A stretch of 63,981 nucleotides of DNA, counting the filler, from Reclinomonas americana ATCC 50394 (taxonomy: Eukaryota), in the NCBI GenBank assembly GCA_048213135.1. It is 9 parts of 8 records of this genome, joined end to end, with 100 filler letters (N's around TTAATTAATTAA, not from the genome) between each part and the next. Parts side by side here need not be neighbours in the genome. Positions count along the whole stretch, not along the records: positions 16,463 to 25,734 come from PS015833.1; positions 25,835 to 36,601 come from PS015834.1; 7 more parts are not named here. One strand, 5' to 3'. This document shows, in pieces, positions 24,001-36,701 of this stretch. The first letter of the stretch is position 1, and each line of letters starts with the position of its first letter. The position numbers were made by a program, and so were the translations under genes. Below the pieces are notes generated by a model, which was not told the origin of the DNA, made no database searches, and saw nothing but the letters and a program-made list of their open reading frames with translations.

Positions 24001-27000
24001 CAGCGAGTTGTTCATCGTGGTGACGCCGTTCAGCGTCACACCGCCATTCAGCGTGGTCACTCCGGTGACCGACAATGAGCCGCCAAGTGTGGTAGCACCG
24101 GCGCCGAACAGCGTCAGCGTTCGTCCAGCCGCAATCGTCAGGTCGCCATTGTGCACAGTGGCTCCCGTCACAGTGAGCGCACTGCCGAGGGTGGTCACAT
24201 CGGTCACCGACAGCGTCCCGCCAAGAGTCGTGGCACCGCCAACCACCTGCAAGGTGGCCACGCCAGCCACCACCACCGCCCCTTGGAAGGTGCTCGTCGA
24301 GGTTGCCGTCACTGCACCATTCAGCGTGGTGACGCCAGTCACCGACAAGGTGCCACCAAGGACCGAGGCTCCGTTGGTGACGGTGAAGGGACCCGCACCG
24401 GCTGCCAGTGTCACCGGACCGGCAAAGGTGCTCGTGCCGCCGGCACTGAGTGCGCCCACCAGCGACGTCGTGCCAGTGACATTCAAGGTGCCGGTGAGCG
24501 TCGTGGCACCGCCGCCGACCACACTCAGTGTCCCCGGCGCATTGATGGTGACCGTGGATGCAAAGGCAGCAGCACCGGAGACTACAAGCGAACCGCCCAG
24601 CGAAGTGGCACCAGTGCCGACAGTCACTGTGCGGCCATTCGGCACCGACACCGCACCATCCAGTGTCACAGCTCCGCCGCCCACCGAGAGACCGCCAGCG
24701 AGTGTAGCAGCGCCCGTGACGGCCAGCGATCCAGCAAACGACGAAGCACCAGTGCCGACAACAAATGGCTGCATATCGGCAATGGTCACTGAGGCGTTGA
24801 AGCGGGCCGCGCCAGCCGCCGTCATGGCACCCGTCAGTGTCGTCACTCCCGCCACTGTCATGGCACCGCCGTGTGTGACGGCACCAGTGCCGGTGGAGAA
24901 TGTCGACGAGCCCAGAACAGCCACGTTGCCATTGAACGAGGTAGCGCCCGACACTGTGAGCGCACTCAACGTGGTGGCGCCAGTGACGGACAGAGTGCCA
25001 CCAAACACCGCGGCAGTCATGGTATCGAGCGTCAGCGTCTGCATGTTGGTGACGAGGACCGATCCGGTAAATGTCGACGTGCCGTTCGCGGTGAACGCAC
25101 CGCCGAGCACCGTGGCACCCGTGTCCACCATCAGCTTCTTGCCGTTCGTCACCAGGGTGTCGCCCGAGAAGGTGGAGGCACCGGCCACTGCCAGCGTGCC
25201 GCCGAGAATCGAAGCAATGCCCGTGTCGACCGTCAGCGACGTGCCACCGCTGACACGCGCGCCACCGCCAAGTGTGGCAAGGCCACCGACGAGCAGCGTT
25301 GACGACAGCGAGGCGGCACCTGTGGCACTGAGAGTGCCACCGAGAGAGGTGGCGCCCGTGCCGACCGTCAGCGCGTTGGTGCCGAGAACTTGCAGAGCGC
25401 CACCAGAGACCGTCAGACCGCCGGCGGCCGACGCTGCACCGGTAAAGGTCGACGCGCCGTTCACCGACAGTGTACCGGTCAGCGAGGTGGCGCCACCGCT
25501 CACCGTCAGCGCGTTGTTGTTGGCCACGGTCAGCGTACCATTGAACACGCTGGCGCCAGTGACCGCCACAGCGCCGTTGAGGGTGGAGGCTCCAGTCACT
25601 GTTACACCGCCACCCAGGGAGGTAAGGCCAGTGGCGACCGACAGCGTCGAAGACGCACCGGTCACCAGCACACTGTTTGAAAATGTGCTTGCACCGCTGA
25701 CAGACAGCGTGCCAGCCATTGTCGTATTCGACACNNNNNNNNNNNNNNNNNNNNNNNNNNNNNNNNNNNNNNNNNNNNTTAATTAATTAANNNNNNNNNN
25801 NNNNNNNNNNNNNNNNNNNNNNNNNNNNNNNNNNAAAGTCACCACCGCTGACCGCCGCCTGCAGCACCGTGGTGCCGGAGGTGCGGCGCACGGAAAAGTC
25901 CTGAAGAAGAAAACACGCAATGAGGGTCACCAACAACGAAAAAAAGAGTTGTGCAGCCCCCGGTCGACGACAACTGACCGTGGTGGTGATGCTGTGCGCG
26001 CCAGTCAAGGCAGTCGTGAACGACTGACCAAATGCAGTGAGCGTGGTTCCAGAGGAACCTCCGCCAGCCGCCTGACCCAGCTGCAAGCTGCCGTTGGCGT
26101 TGCCGAGCACCAGAGTCAGCGGCGAGTGAGTGTGTGTGGTTCCAAGGAAGTTTGCGGTGGTGGCGGTGAACGACACGGTGGTGGCCGCCAGCTCCGTGGT
26201 GGTGCTCGACAACTTGGTGTAGGGACCAGTGAGACTGAGAGAGGGTGCGAGGGCCGAGCCGGGCACAGTGGCGGTGAGGACCAAGGTGGACGAAAACACC
26301 GACACCGCAGAGCCGCCACTGCTGCCAATGGTGATGCTGCTGGTTTGCGCCGCCGTGGTGCCCAGTTGCATGTCGGAAGCGTTCACTGTGAACCGTGTGG
26401 TTGACGCACCGCCCACGAGCACCGTAGGTCCCGAAATGGTCACCTGACTGGCGGTGCCAGTGCCCAGATCCACCTGCATGCTACCGGCGGCAAAAATGCC
26501 TGTGCCGTCGTTGACTTGCAACCGACCAGTGACGGTGGTCGTCGGCTGGATCGAAAGCAGTACGCTGGAACCGCCAGCGCCGGTGGACGTGAATGTGACC
26601 TGCTTGGCGTAGCCAGTGATCGAGTCCATCTGCCCACCCGTCGATGGCTGCATGAGAATGGTTGACGCCGCCTGCAACTGCAAGTCCTGCGTCTTCAAGC
26701 GAATCGCCTGCGCCGAGGCCACCGGCGTCTGCAGAAGCAGCAACGAAGTCGCCGGATTGCCGCCCGTCCCATCGCCACCCACAGTTACCGTACTGCCCAT
26801 CAGTGCCATGGAACCGCTGATGGAGGACGTGAGGCTGGTACCGAGAACCGTCACCGCCGTCGAAGCCTGGCCGAGCCGCAGAATCGACGACGGCGTGGCC
26901 AGCAGTTGCGTTGGTACCAATGTAACCGACGCACCCGACAATGTGGCACTCCCCGACGCCGCCGACACCGTCAGCGACAGTGTGCCGGCGGTCAGCGAGA

Positions 27001-30000
27001 ATGAGGTGGCGGTGATCACGTCAAACACCGGCAATTTGAACGTCGACGACACCGTGGTGCTCGAGGCCTCCACAGCAAAGTTGCGCGCGTACAAATTGAC
27101 CAGTGGGGTCGACTGACCGAGCGTGATGGTCGACGTGGTGGTGGTGCCGAGATTGAGGGTCGACTGCGCATTCAGGCTAATGATACCGCCGGCCGCCGAC
27201 GCGTCCACAGTGACCTGGAGAGCAACAAGTGAGCAGGGGGACATGATTCTCCACACAAGCAAACAAACACACACCTGTGTGGCCTTTAGCGACATGTTGC
27301 GATTGACGCCGGTGGTATTCATGTCAATCATCACCGCCTGCGTCTCGTCGTACAGCTGAATACGCTGCGGAGTCATGGTGATGGTGGCGGGTGTGGCTGA
27401 GCTGCCTTGCAGCAAACTGATGCTCGAAGTGCCGCTGCCCGACGTGGTGCTCTGCACCACCACTGCCAGCGCCTTGACAGCCAAGCTCTTCGTCTGTGTG
27501 GTGCTGTTGCCGGCAATGGTGACCGAGTTTGTGCCGTACAGGCTCATGTCGAATGTCGAGGCCACCAACGTGTTGCTGGCGCTGTTGGCGGCCGTGGACA
27601 ACGACATGGTTGCTGTATTGGCGACCGTGCCGAGAGTCACAGTGGCAGCGTCGAATGACATTGCGCCCTGTCATATGTGTGAGTGTGTGTGTGTGTGTGT
27701 GCATGTGAGGCGTCGCCAAGGTGAGAGCACGTGGGGGGAATGAAATTACGAACCGACACGGCACCGGTAAACTGCTGGCCGTTCACGCTGACCACGGTGC
27801 CCGGCAGAGTGGCCGTACCCAGCGTGAGCAACGTGGACGGCTCCATGCGCAGCGTGGTCGGTGTGAACGTGTAGGCGGCACCCGTGAATGTCGCAGACGG
27901 GCTGCGCGCGGTAAAAAAACACAGCACACGATTTGAATACAAGCAACCAAACAAGAGCGCGGGCGTGAACAACAAGAAAAAACACGAATGCGCAACGTGC
28001 TAAGTGCGTACGACGTGCTGGCCGACGTGGTGATTGTGGTCGATACCACACTCAGCAACGGCAGCGTCAGTACGTTTGTCGTCGTCGTACTCGAAGCCGT
28101 GAGAGCAATGGAGCCTGCCGCCGCCGTCAAGCTGGCCACACCAGAGTTGCCGATGGCGATGGTGGAGGTGAGTGTGGACGTCACACCAATCTGGATGGCG
28201 CTCCCGTCAATCACAATACCCGAGCGTCCATAGTGCCGAATCTACAATTGATGCACAATGCGATTCCGTGAGCAGCGCAAAAAGAGTGGCAGGCAACCGG
28301 TGCTATGTGGGGGAAAATGACGCACCCGCAGGCACTCGGCGTACATAGGCGACGACGCGTTGTTATCGAGGCGCAGCTCGCACACCGAGGAGGAGCCACG
28401 GTACAGACGAATGGTACCAGGTGTGCCAGACAGTGTCGAGGCCACCAACTGCAGGCCGGCCTGATCGGTACCGGTGCCTGAGGCCGCCGTCAGTGACACT
28501 GAGGACTCGAGATCCAGTGCGCCGGAGAATACATTGACCAGTGGCGAAGGAGTCGCCAGAGTGCCAAGGTCAAACCGACTCGTGGCGGTGACGCTAACAG
28601 CCGCCGACGAGAGCGAAATGGATGTGCTCGACACTGCGCGAGCACACACAGCAACCATTGAACAAACAAACATCAGATGAACAAAAAAACAGAGAGAAGC
28701 ACACGACGTACGTTGCGAAATGGTCGACGTGACGGTTGGTGCCGACGATCCAATGAGCACGCTCGGCGACGTGAGAATCGCCGACGTGCCATAGCGACCC
28801 GTGTAGGCCACCGCTTGCTGCGTCATGGACGTAGTCGACGAATCGCCCAACACCATTGCTCCGGAGGGGATGGCCGTGAACGACGAGACGTTCCACGAGT
28901 AACTGCCGCCAGTGTACGACGCCGACGTGGTGCTCGACTGCGTCAACACTGGCGCAGTGACCGACGTCGTGTCGGTCACCACACTCAACGACGGCGTCGT
29001 CAATGTGGTCGCACCGGCGCCGCCAATGGTGCCGATAAACATGTTCAGATTCACAGAGCGCATGCGAATCGTGTTCAGCACGGTCGACGACGTGGGGTTG
29101 CCGAGCGTCAGCAACGTGGCAGCCGACGAGCCGAGCGAAAGCGTACCCGTCGTGTCCACCGCAACCGACGTCAGCGCCGCCAGGGTCGCCTGTAATCAAA
29201 CGGGGGGAAACAAAGCAGACAGAGTGAGCGCGCGCTGCATCGGGGCTGCGCGGCCACGAGAAACAACACGCACCTGGCTGTTGAGGGCAATGTCGCCGAG
29301 AGTGAGGATGCCGTGTGCATTTCCGCTGGAACCCTGGCCTGCCATGATGATCAGCGGCGCACCGACTCCCGGCGAAGTTCGGGACGGACGCCGGATCGTC
29401 AGCGACGCATTCAGATCGTCGTGCAACTGCATGACATTCGATGCGCCACGGAAGCTGATGACGGCCGTGGACTGCATGTCGACGTTGCCAGAGAATGTGG
29501 TAGTCGCGACATTCACCAACATGGTGCCAGTGGAGCGACCGATTTGCACCTGACTGGAGGCGTTGACGCCCAAGAACAGATTGCCGTGGGTGCTGCCACC
29601 CTGACCAGCATCAATGGTTCTGCTCAGGCAAACACAACAATGGTGAGGAAAGACGAGAAGGAAAGATGCACGGTGCAAGACAAACGCAACAAGTCTCCAC
29701 CAATGCCGGTGGCCGAGTTCTGTCCGCGAATGGTCGTCGCTGAGCCGGTGGCACTGCCAGTAAGCGGTGTGCGCTCCATGATGAATGCCTTGTTGGAGGA
29801 ACCGAGTCGCAGAGTGGCTGACGACAGGGAGGCGTTGCGCCCTGCGTTTTTTCAAGTGCGTGTGTGCACGTGGTTAGTACGTAGCACATATTACGAAGGA
29901 CGAATACGCATTGTAGGCAAACCTGGATCAAGTGTCAGCGTCCCGTCGACATTGATTGCCATGGCGCCCGACGACGCCTGCAGCGTGGACAGCTCCAGCG

Positions 30001-30615
30001 CACCCGTCAGCGTGGTGGCACCATTGACTTGTAGCGAACCGGCCAGAGTCGTGGCGCCCGCCACCGACAGCTGCTCACGATGGAAAAATAACGCATATGA
30101 GACATGCGCACATCTGTGCAACACGATGAATGCAGACGCACCGCCGACTGAATTGTGGTGGTCGTGCCAGTGGCGCCAATGGTCACGCCTGACGATGCCA
30201 GACCGAGTTCGAGGGCCTGCGTGCATCATGCCACAGTAAGCAAGCACATCAATACACACCGCGAGCGCCGTGTCATACAACGAGCAAAAGAACGCAACTG
30301 CGCCCACGGGATTGAGCTGCATGATGGACGTGCTCTGCAGCCGCATGCCCGACGAGCCAGTCAGATTGAACTGACCGATGCTAGTAAACGTCGTTGTCGA
30401 ATCTGCCGTCAGCGACACGACTCCGCCTTCGAGCGTCAGCTGTGCGGGTGGTGCATGAGTACCATGTACGTGTCATACAGAAATCTCGGCAAGGCAAGAA
30501 ACAACATACCAATCCACGAGTGGACGACACGGGGCCGGTGGACAGTGTGAGCGCGCCGCCAGTAATGGCACCACTATTGTTAAATTGTGCCGACTCCACA
30601 CGGAGTTCAGGGGGT
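15012..30615 (-). CDS. Giant Gly/Thr/Ser/Ala/Val-rich hexapeptide-repeat protein (beta-helix/fibre-like), both ends in gaps
   Basis: Long stop-free frames 15012-16362, 16463-~22000 and 22021-25734 built of G-x-x-x-hydrophobic-x hexads (GATTLG GTLSVT GASTFS). An upstream non-identical beta-rich region 25835-30615 has GT-AG introns (e.g. 27215-27274). Continuity across gaps and linkers is inferred from the shared repeat type and strand. Confidence 0.8.
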
Positions 30616-31060
30616 NNNNNNNNNNNNNNNNNNNNNNNNNNNNNNNNNNNNNNNNNNNNNNNNNNNNNNNNNNNNNNNNNNNNNNNNNNNNNNNNNNNNN
30701 NNNNNNNNNNNNNNNNNNNNNNNNNNNNNNNNNNNNNNNNNNNNNNNNNNNNNNNNNNNNNNNNNNNNNNNNNNNNNNNNNNNNNNNNNNNNNNNNNNNN
30801 NNNNNNNNNNNNNNNNNNNNNNNNNNNNNNNNNNNNNNNNNNNNNNNNNNNNNNNNNNNNNNNNNNNNNNNNNNNNNNNNNNNNNNNNNNNNNNNNNNNN
30901 NNNNNNNNNNNNNNNNNNNNNNNNNNNNNNNNNNNNNNNNNNNNNNNNNNNNNNNNNNNNNNNNNNNNNNNNNNNNNNNNNNNNNNNNNNNNNNNNNNNN
31001 NNNNNNNNNNNNNNNNNNNTCTCTCCTCTCCTCTCTCTTCTCCTCCTTCTCTCCTCCACT

Positions 31061-31114
<54 letters not shown>

Positions 31115-31219
31115 CTTTCACTCCTTTTCTCTCGCTCCACTGCTTCTCTCTCGCTCCACTTCCCTTCCCCTCCCGCCCCCCTTTCCCCTTCCGCTCACCT
31201 CCCTCTCCCTCTCCCTCAG

Positions 31220-31602
31220 TCCCCTACATCCTCGGCTGCTACCGCGGCTACAAATCCGGCAACTCCGCCGTCTCCTCGGCCACCACCTGCGTCTCCCGCG
31301 CGCAGTCCACCTCTGGCAGCTCCGGCTCCGGCTCCACCACAACCACCACCTCATCGTCGTCCTCCAACCGCAATGCGGCCATTATCGGCGGCACGATTGG
31401 CGGCGTCGCTGGCGTGGCCATTATCGCCATTATCGTCATCATCGTGTTGCGCCGCCGCTACCGCAACCGCCCACCATCACCCAAGGTCGCCCCGTCGCCG
31501 CTGAGCAACAACGACCGCACCACGGTGACGGTGCAGACGGCCGGACAGCCGTCTACCAAGTTCACGCAGTCGGTGACCGTGGACGCCAACGACAATGCGT
31601 GA
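31220..31602 (+). CDS. Last exon of a single-pass type I membrane protein
   Basis: Ser/Thr stalk, TM AAIIGGTIGGVAGVAIIAIIVIIVL, basic stop-transfer RRRYR, short tail and stop. Preceded by a polypyrimidine tract and CAG. Confidence 0.75.
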
Positions 31603-32265
31603 GCGGGAAAAAGGAGAGAGAAAAAGAACTACTAGCCTGTGTGTAATACTATTGAATCCTTTTTTTTGTGTTGTTTGCAATGAGCCATTGGGCGAAAGGG
31701 ACTTGGGTGAAGGTCTTGGTGACATCAAGAATGGTGTTCGTTGATAAAAATTATCAGAACATTGTTGGTGCATGCTGCAACAATCTCAACAAACAAGCAA
31801 CAGCTGTCTTGACGACCAGTTCGACTGTATTCAAATCATCAACACAGACGCGAATCGTGTGGCAGCAGCAGGTTTCTTGTGTGTTCAAGTCGAGAACTGC
31901 GATCTTCACCGCATGAGCGTGGATTTGACGCACTTGCATAGACGCATAGCGTTTTCTGCGTTCATACACGGCACATCGAATTCGGGAAAAGGCCATAGCC
32001 AGGCAAGCGATGCGAAGCGAAGCCGGGGTCCGGATCCGTGGAGTAAGCAATGCAGTATCCCGAGGGAAGGCCCTTCCTGGACCACCCTTGCATGTCTGAC
32101 TGCTGAGACAGACTTGCACGACCTATCGTGGACTCACCACGTTTCTCCGACCCTTGGACCACTTATGCCTCAACTCATAGCCTGCCCTCGCTCCGTTCTG
32201 CCATGCGTCCAATTGCTCGATTCTTCCCTCGTCTCCACTCCCTCGCACTTCATTATCATCTCCCC

Positions 32266-35200
32266 TCAAAACAAAATGTCTTCATCCACCTCTTCCTCCG
32301 CCGCTCCCCCTTGCTGCTGCCCCTGATTCCCTTGCTGCTCCTGCTGCTCACCACCGTCATTCCCTTCTTCCCCGCCCGCCTCCTCCTCCTCCTCCTCCTC
32401 CTCTTCTTGCTGATTACCCTGCCAGTTATTCGCCGCCTCCATCCCCGCTATCCTCGCGCGGAACCTCCGCAACCACCCCTCCGCGCGATCCGTGTCCGGG
32501 TGATCCTCGCCGAGCTCCTGCCGCGCACGCTCCACCCACGGTCGCAGCACGCGCTCGCCCTCGTACACCTCGTTCTGCTGCATCAGGTAGTGCATGTAGT
32601 TGAAGAGCGTCGTCTGCGACTCGCCGTGCCAGTCGCCCAGCGCCTCGCGCCGCAATTGCAGGCACTGGCGGTACAACTCGCCGGCCTCGGCCAGCGACTC
32701 CAACGTGTTTTGTAGCGTGAGCGAGTACGCCGTGTTGTTCATGGAGAAGAGTGTTTCGGGGTGCCGATCGCCCAGCACGCGCCGACGCATGGCAAAGCAC
32801 TCGCGATCCAGGCGCACACGCTCAGCCGATCGCCCATGGTCCTGAATGCACAGCGCCACCTCGTTGAGTGACACCAGCGTGTCGGCATGCTCCTCGCCCA
32901 GCAGCTGCCGGCGCATCTCCAGGCACTGCCGGTGTAGCTGCTCGCCGTCGCGGAAGTGGCGGCCGCGCACGTCGAGCTTCGCACGCCAAAACATCGTCCA
33001 TATGACGTCGGGGTGGCTGGCGCCGAGTNNNNNNNNNNNNNNNNNNNNGGCCCGTGCTTCGCCGACCCGCCGCCGCCGCCCACAGCGTGTCGTCCTCGCT
33101 CAGTCGACGCCACGCCGTGTGCAGCAGGCCGAGGACGTCGCGCTGCACGAGCAGAATCGTGTCCGTGTCGTTCTCTGTGTCAATGGTCAACAGCACGCTG
33201 CAGATGAGGCGTATGATGAGGCGCTGCGTGCGTGCCACGGCGCGCTGCCCGCCCTCGGCCGTCTCCGACAACCACCGCGAGATCTCGTCGTGCACGCGAT
33301 ACTCGACGCCGGCATCGGCCGCCCGCACAAAGCGGTCTTCGCACAACACACGCGCAATGCTGTCGGTGCTGGCCGAGGCGGCCACCGTCGCCAGATTGGC
33401 CTCGCACAACGCACGCAGAGCACCGTCCACCTCCTCGTCGACATTGGTCACCAGCACCGCCACGCGCTCGCGCACCTGCTGCTCCCGCGCCTCGGTCATC
33501 TCCCCACACTGCAGCTGCTCGCCCACCAAATCGGGCGCCCGCTGTCGCCGCCCGCGCGCCAGATGATGCAGGTGCACGCAGCGCGACAGCTCGCCCAGCT
33601 CCAGCAGCCGCTCCGCTGCCTCCTCGTCCTCTCGCTGCTCGGCTGCTGCCTCCTCCCCTTCCTGAGGAGCAGCAAAGTCGGGCACGGCGCGGAGGACGCC
33701 AGTGGCCACGCGCACCAGCGCCGGGGTGACGCTGACGCCCAGCTCCTTGCAGGCGGTGATGAGGACGAGGGCGCGACGTGCGGCCGAGCTCTGCGACATG
33801 ACGTTGCGGGAGAGGAGTTGGGAGAGGGCGGCGTCGCCAATGCCGGAGAGGTTTTCCTCCAGGCGGGCGCCGGTGAGTTCCGCGGGGGGGCAGGACAGGA
33901 GCCAACTGTGAAGGGGAAGGGATGTAAGGGAAAGGGATGGCGAGGGGAAGGGATGTAAGGGAAAGGGATGTAAGGGGAAGGGATGGAAGGGAAAGAGATT
34001 GTAGGGAAAGGGATTGAAGGGAAAGGGATGTAAGGGGAAGGGATGTAAGGGGAAGGGATGTAAGGGGAAGGGATGGAAGGGAAAGGGATTGAGGGGGAAG
34101 GAAGAAAGGGGAAGGGTGATAAAGGGAAGGGCGAGTGGAAAGGGCGAGAGGGAGGGAAAAAGAGAGAGGGAACGAGTGAGGGGAGCGATACAGGGGAGGG
34201 CATCAGTATTCGCATAACTGACTCTGGTCTCTCTCTCACCCACACACTCACTCTCTCATGCACTCACTCTCTCATGCACTCACTTGCTCACTCACTCACT
34301 CACTCACTAAATCACTCACTCAATCAATAGGGAGGAAGGAACAGGATAAGGAATAGGGGAAAACAGGGGCAAGAAATGAAAAAGGAGGAAGGGGAAGGTA
34401 TGGAGAAAGGCGGAGGAGTGAGAAGAGAAGGGGTGGGATATTGGGGAGAGGGGATAAGAGAGGAAGGAATAGGAAAAGGAGAAAGCGTGAAGGGAAGGGT
34501 GAGGCTCACACTTGCAACTCCCTTGTGTCTGATCACTCGAGCACTCTTTTTCAGTCGCATGCAACGACTTGCGAATCTCTCGGCGCGCGCGCTCTCACTC
34601 TCTCTCTCTCTCTCTCAATCACTCTCTCTCTCTCTCTCAATCACTCTCTCACAATTCACAGAAACTCTTCTTCCTAAAGCTCGCCGTATGCAACAACTCG
34701 GAACTCAATATCATTCAATCCCTCCAGGGAAGGGAAAGAAACAAAGCGAGAGAGTACAGAAAGGAAACTGCGAAGGGAAGGGGTAACAGGGAGAAGAAGA
34801 GGAACGGGGAGGCTAAAAGTGGAGGATGAGAAGAGAGAAGGAGAGACTGAGGACAGGGAGAGAAATCAAATGACTAATTCGAGGAGCGACAGGTCTCTTC
34901 CTGTCTCTCTTGCTGTATGGTTCTGCTTGCAGGATGTTGTTGAAATTCTCCCACCACACAATCGATCATTCTTTGATCTTCTTCCTTCTCTGACTCTGTC
35001 ACTCTCTTCTTCACCGTTCTTCATTCCACAATCTCTCACTTCCATCTCATTGCTGCAATTCCTCGAGAAACAGGAGGAGGTAAAAGCGGAGGAGATGAGA
35101 AAAAGAAAAATGTGAACAGGTGAAAGAGTCAGAGATCTCGTGTCCACGACTGCGGTTTTTCAGCTCTTCCTCTCCTTCTTTTCCTGCACAACTTCTTCTC

Positions 35201-36158
35201 ATCAACTCTCGCTCGTGCTCTCGTTCTTTCTCTTGCTTTGCGTCACAAGAGAGACTATCATGAGGAGAAGAGAGCAGGAACACTTCAGAAGCGAAACAGC
35301 AAGAATGATAGAGACTGCATCAGCAAACGCCCTCCCCCCTCGCCTTCCCCTAAAGTAACGTACCCCAGGCACGCGCTCACTCGCAGCGCACTGTGATGCT
35401 CTCTCTCCAGCGCCTCGACAATGCGCCGGCGCACGGCATCCGACGCGCGGTCGCGCAGTCGCTCCTCCACCACTTGCACAATGTCGTTCTCCACCACGTA
35501 CTGCAGGTGCACACTCTCCACCGCGGTGCCGGCATGTCCGACCAGGCCGCGCAGCTCGTCCGCCAGTGCGTCGTGTCGGCTCGTCACAATGACCACGGGG
35601 GAGACCAGGCCGCTGCCGTCGTCGTCTGTGTGTGTGCGGGAGAGGGAATGAGAGACAAGAAAACGCAAGAGCGTCTCCTTGGCGCAAAAAAAACTCACCG
35701 CAAATCGCCCGCTGCACCTGCTCCAACGACCCGGCATTGTCGAGCACCAGCACACCGCGCGACGCCTCCATCAGCTGGCGCAGACGGTGACGTGCCGACA
35801 CCGCGTCGTCGCCACCGACCATCGAGTCGACCGCACTCGCCATGCGGCGCCCTTCCTCGGCATCCACTCGCATTTGTGCCGTCACAAATGTGCGCAGGCA
35901 TACTTCGAGGGCGTGCAGTGGCTGCGCGAGAGGTGTGCGTCGTCAGCCTCCCTCGAACACGAAAAAAGGAGACGAGGAGGAGGAGGAGTCTCACCTGCAC
36001 GTGCTCACGCACGTCACTCACGTGACCGCGCATCTCCACGGACATGGCCGAGCCGTTCCATCGTCGTGTTTTGAGCATTTCGGTGACGATGAGTTCGGCG
36101 AGGAAGGATTTGCCGCTGCCGCCGGGGCCGGTGAGGACCACGATGATGGGTTGGTGGG
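32266..36158 (-). CDS. STAND NTPase (NB-ARC type) with C-terminal ~42-aa TPRs, NLR-like; N-terminus missing
   Basis: Walker A LTGPGGSGKS, Walker B VLVLDNA, sensor-1 VVIVTSR, MHD-like YRVHDEI, and KLC-type TPRs (RRQLLGEEHADTLVSLN, RRRVLGDRHPETLFSMNN, LGEDHPDT). Confidence 0.85.
33908..34100. repeat. 15-bp intronic minisatellite (aaggggaagggatgt)n
   Basis: Direct tandem copies visible within an intron of the NLR-like gene. Confidence 0.85.
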
Positions 36159-36701
36159 CTGGAGGGGGGAAGGGGGGAAGGGGGGAAGGGGGAGGTGAGG
36201 GAAAAAGGGGGATGAGGGAGGTGAGGGAAGGGTAGTGAGCAAAGGTAGGATGTAAGGAAATGAACGAGAAGCAAGAGTCGAGACAAGAGAGAGAGAGAGA
36301 GAGAGCGAGCGAAACAGGTCTCCTATCACATCCACTGTTCTCAAGAGAGGAGACAACGGAAGAGAGGAGACAACGAAAGAGAGGGAGAAAAGAGAGAAGA
36401 AGAGTAGTGATTAAGTGACGGAAAGCAAGCACCAAGAGAAGCAAGAGTAGAGAGCGACACAGGTCTTCTATCACACCCACTCTTCTCAAGAGGCAAGCAG
36501 CACTCCGAGGAGGCAATGAGAGAGAGAACAGGAGTGTTCTATTTGCAACTCGAACATGATGCTGTATTGATGAACAGCACGATGAGCGGTGAGTGCAGAG
36601 GNNNNNNNNNNNNNNNNNNNNNNNNNNNNNNNNNNNNNNNNNNNNTTAATTAATTAANNNNNNNNNNNNNNNNNNNNNNNNNNNNNNNNNNNNNNNNNNN
36701 N

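Noticed and set aside
15483..25786. Very long plus-strand ORFs (1758, 723, 324, 311 aa; Val/Pro/Ala/Thr-rich)
   Set aside because: Antisense shadows of the Gly/Thr repeat gene; its codon usage rarely creates reverse-strand stops.
15012..30615. Giant repeat gene as bacterial/phage contamination or a provirus
   Set aside because: The 5' part has host-type spliceosomal introns, and no integrase, capsid or other viral genes are nearby.
31650..32260. Overlapping ORFs between the TM exon and the NLR gene
   Set aside because: No recognisable domain or consistent splice pattern; probably intergenic or UTR.
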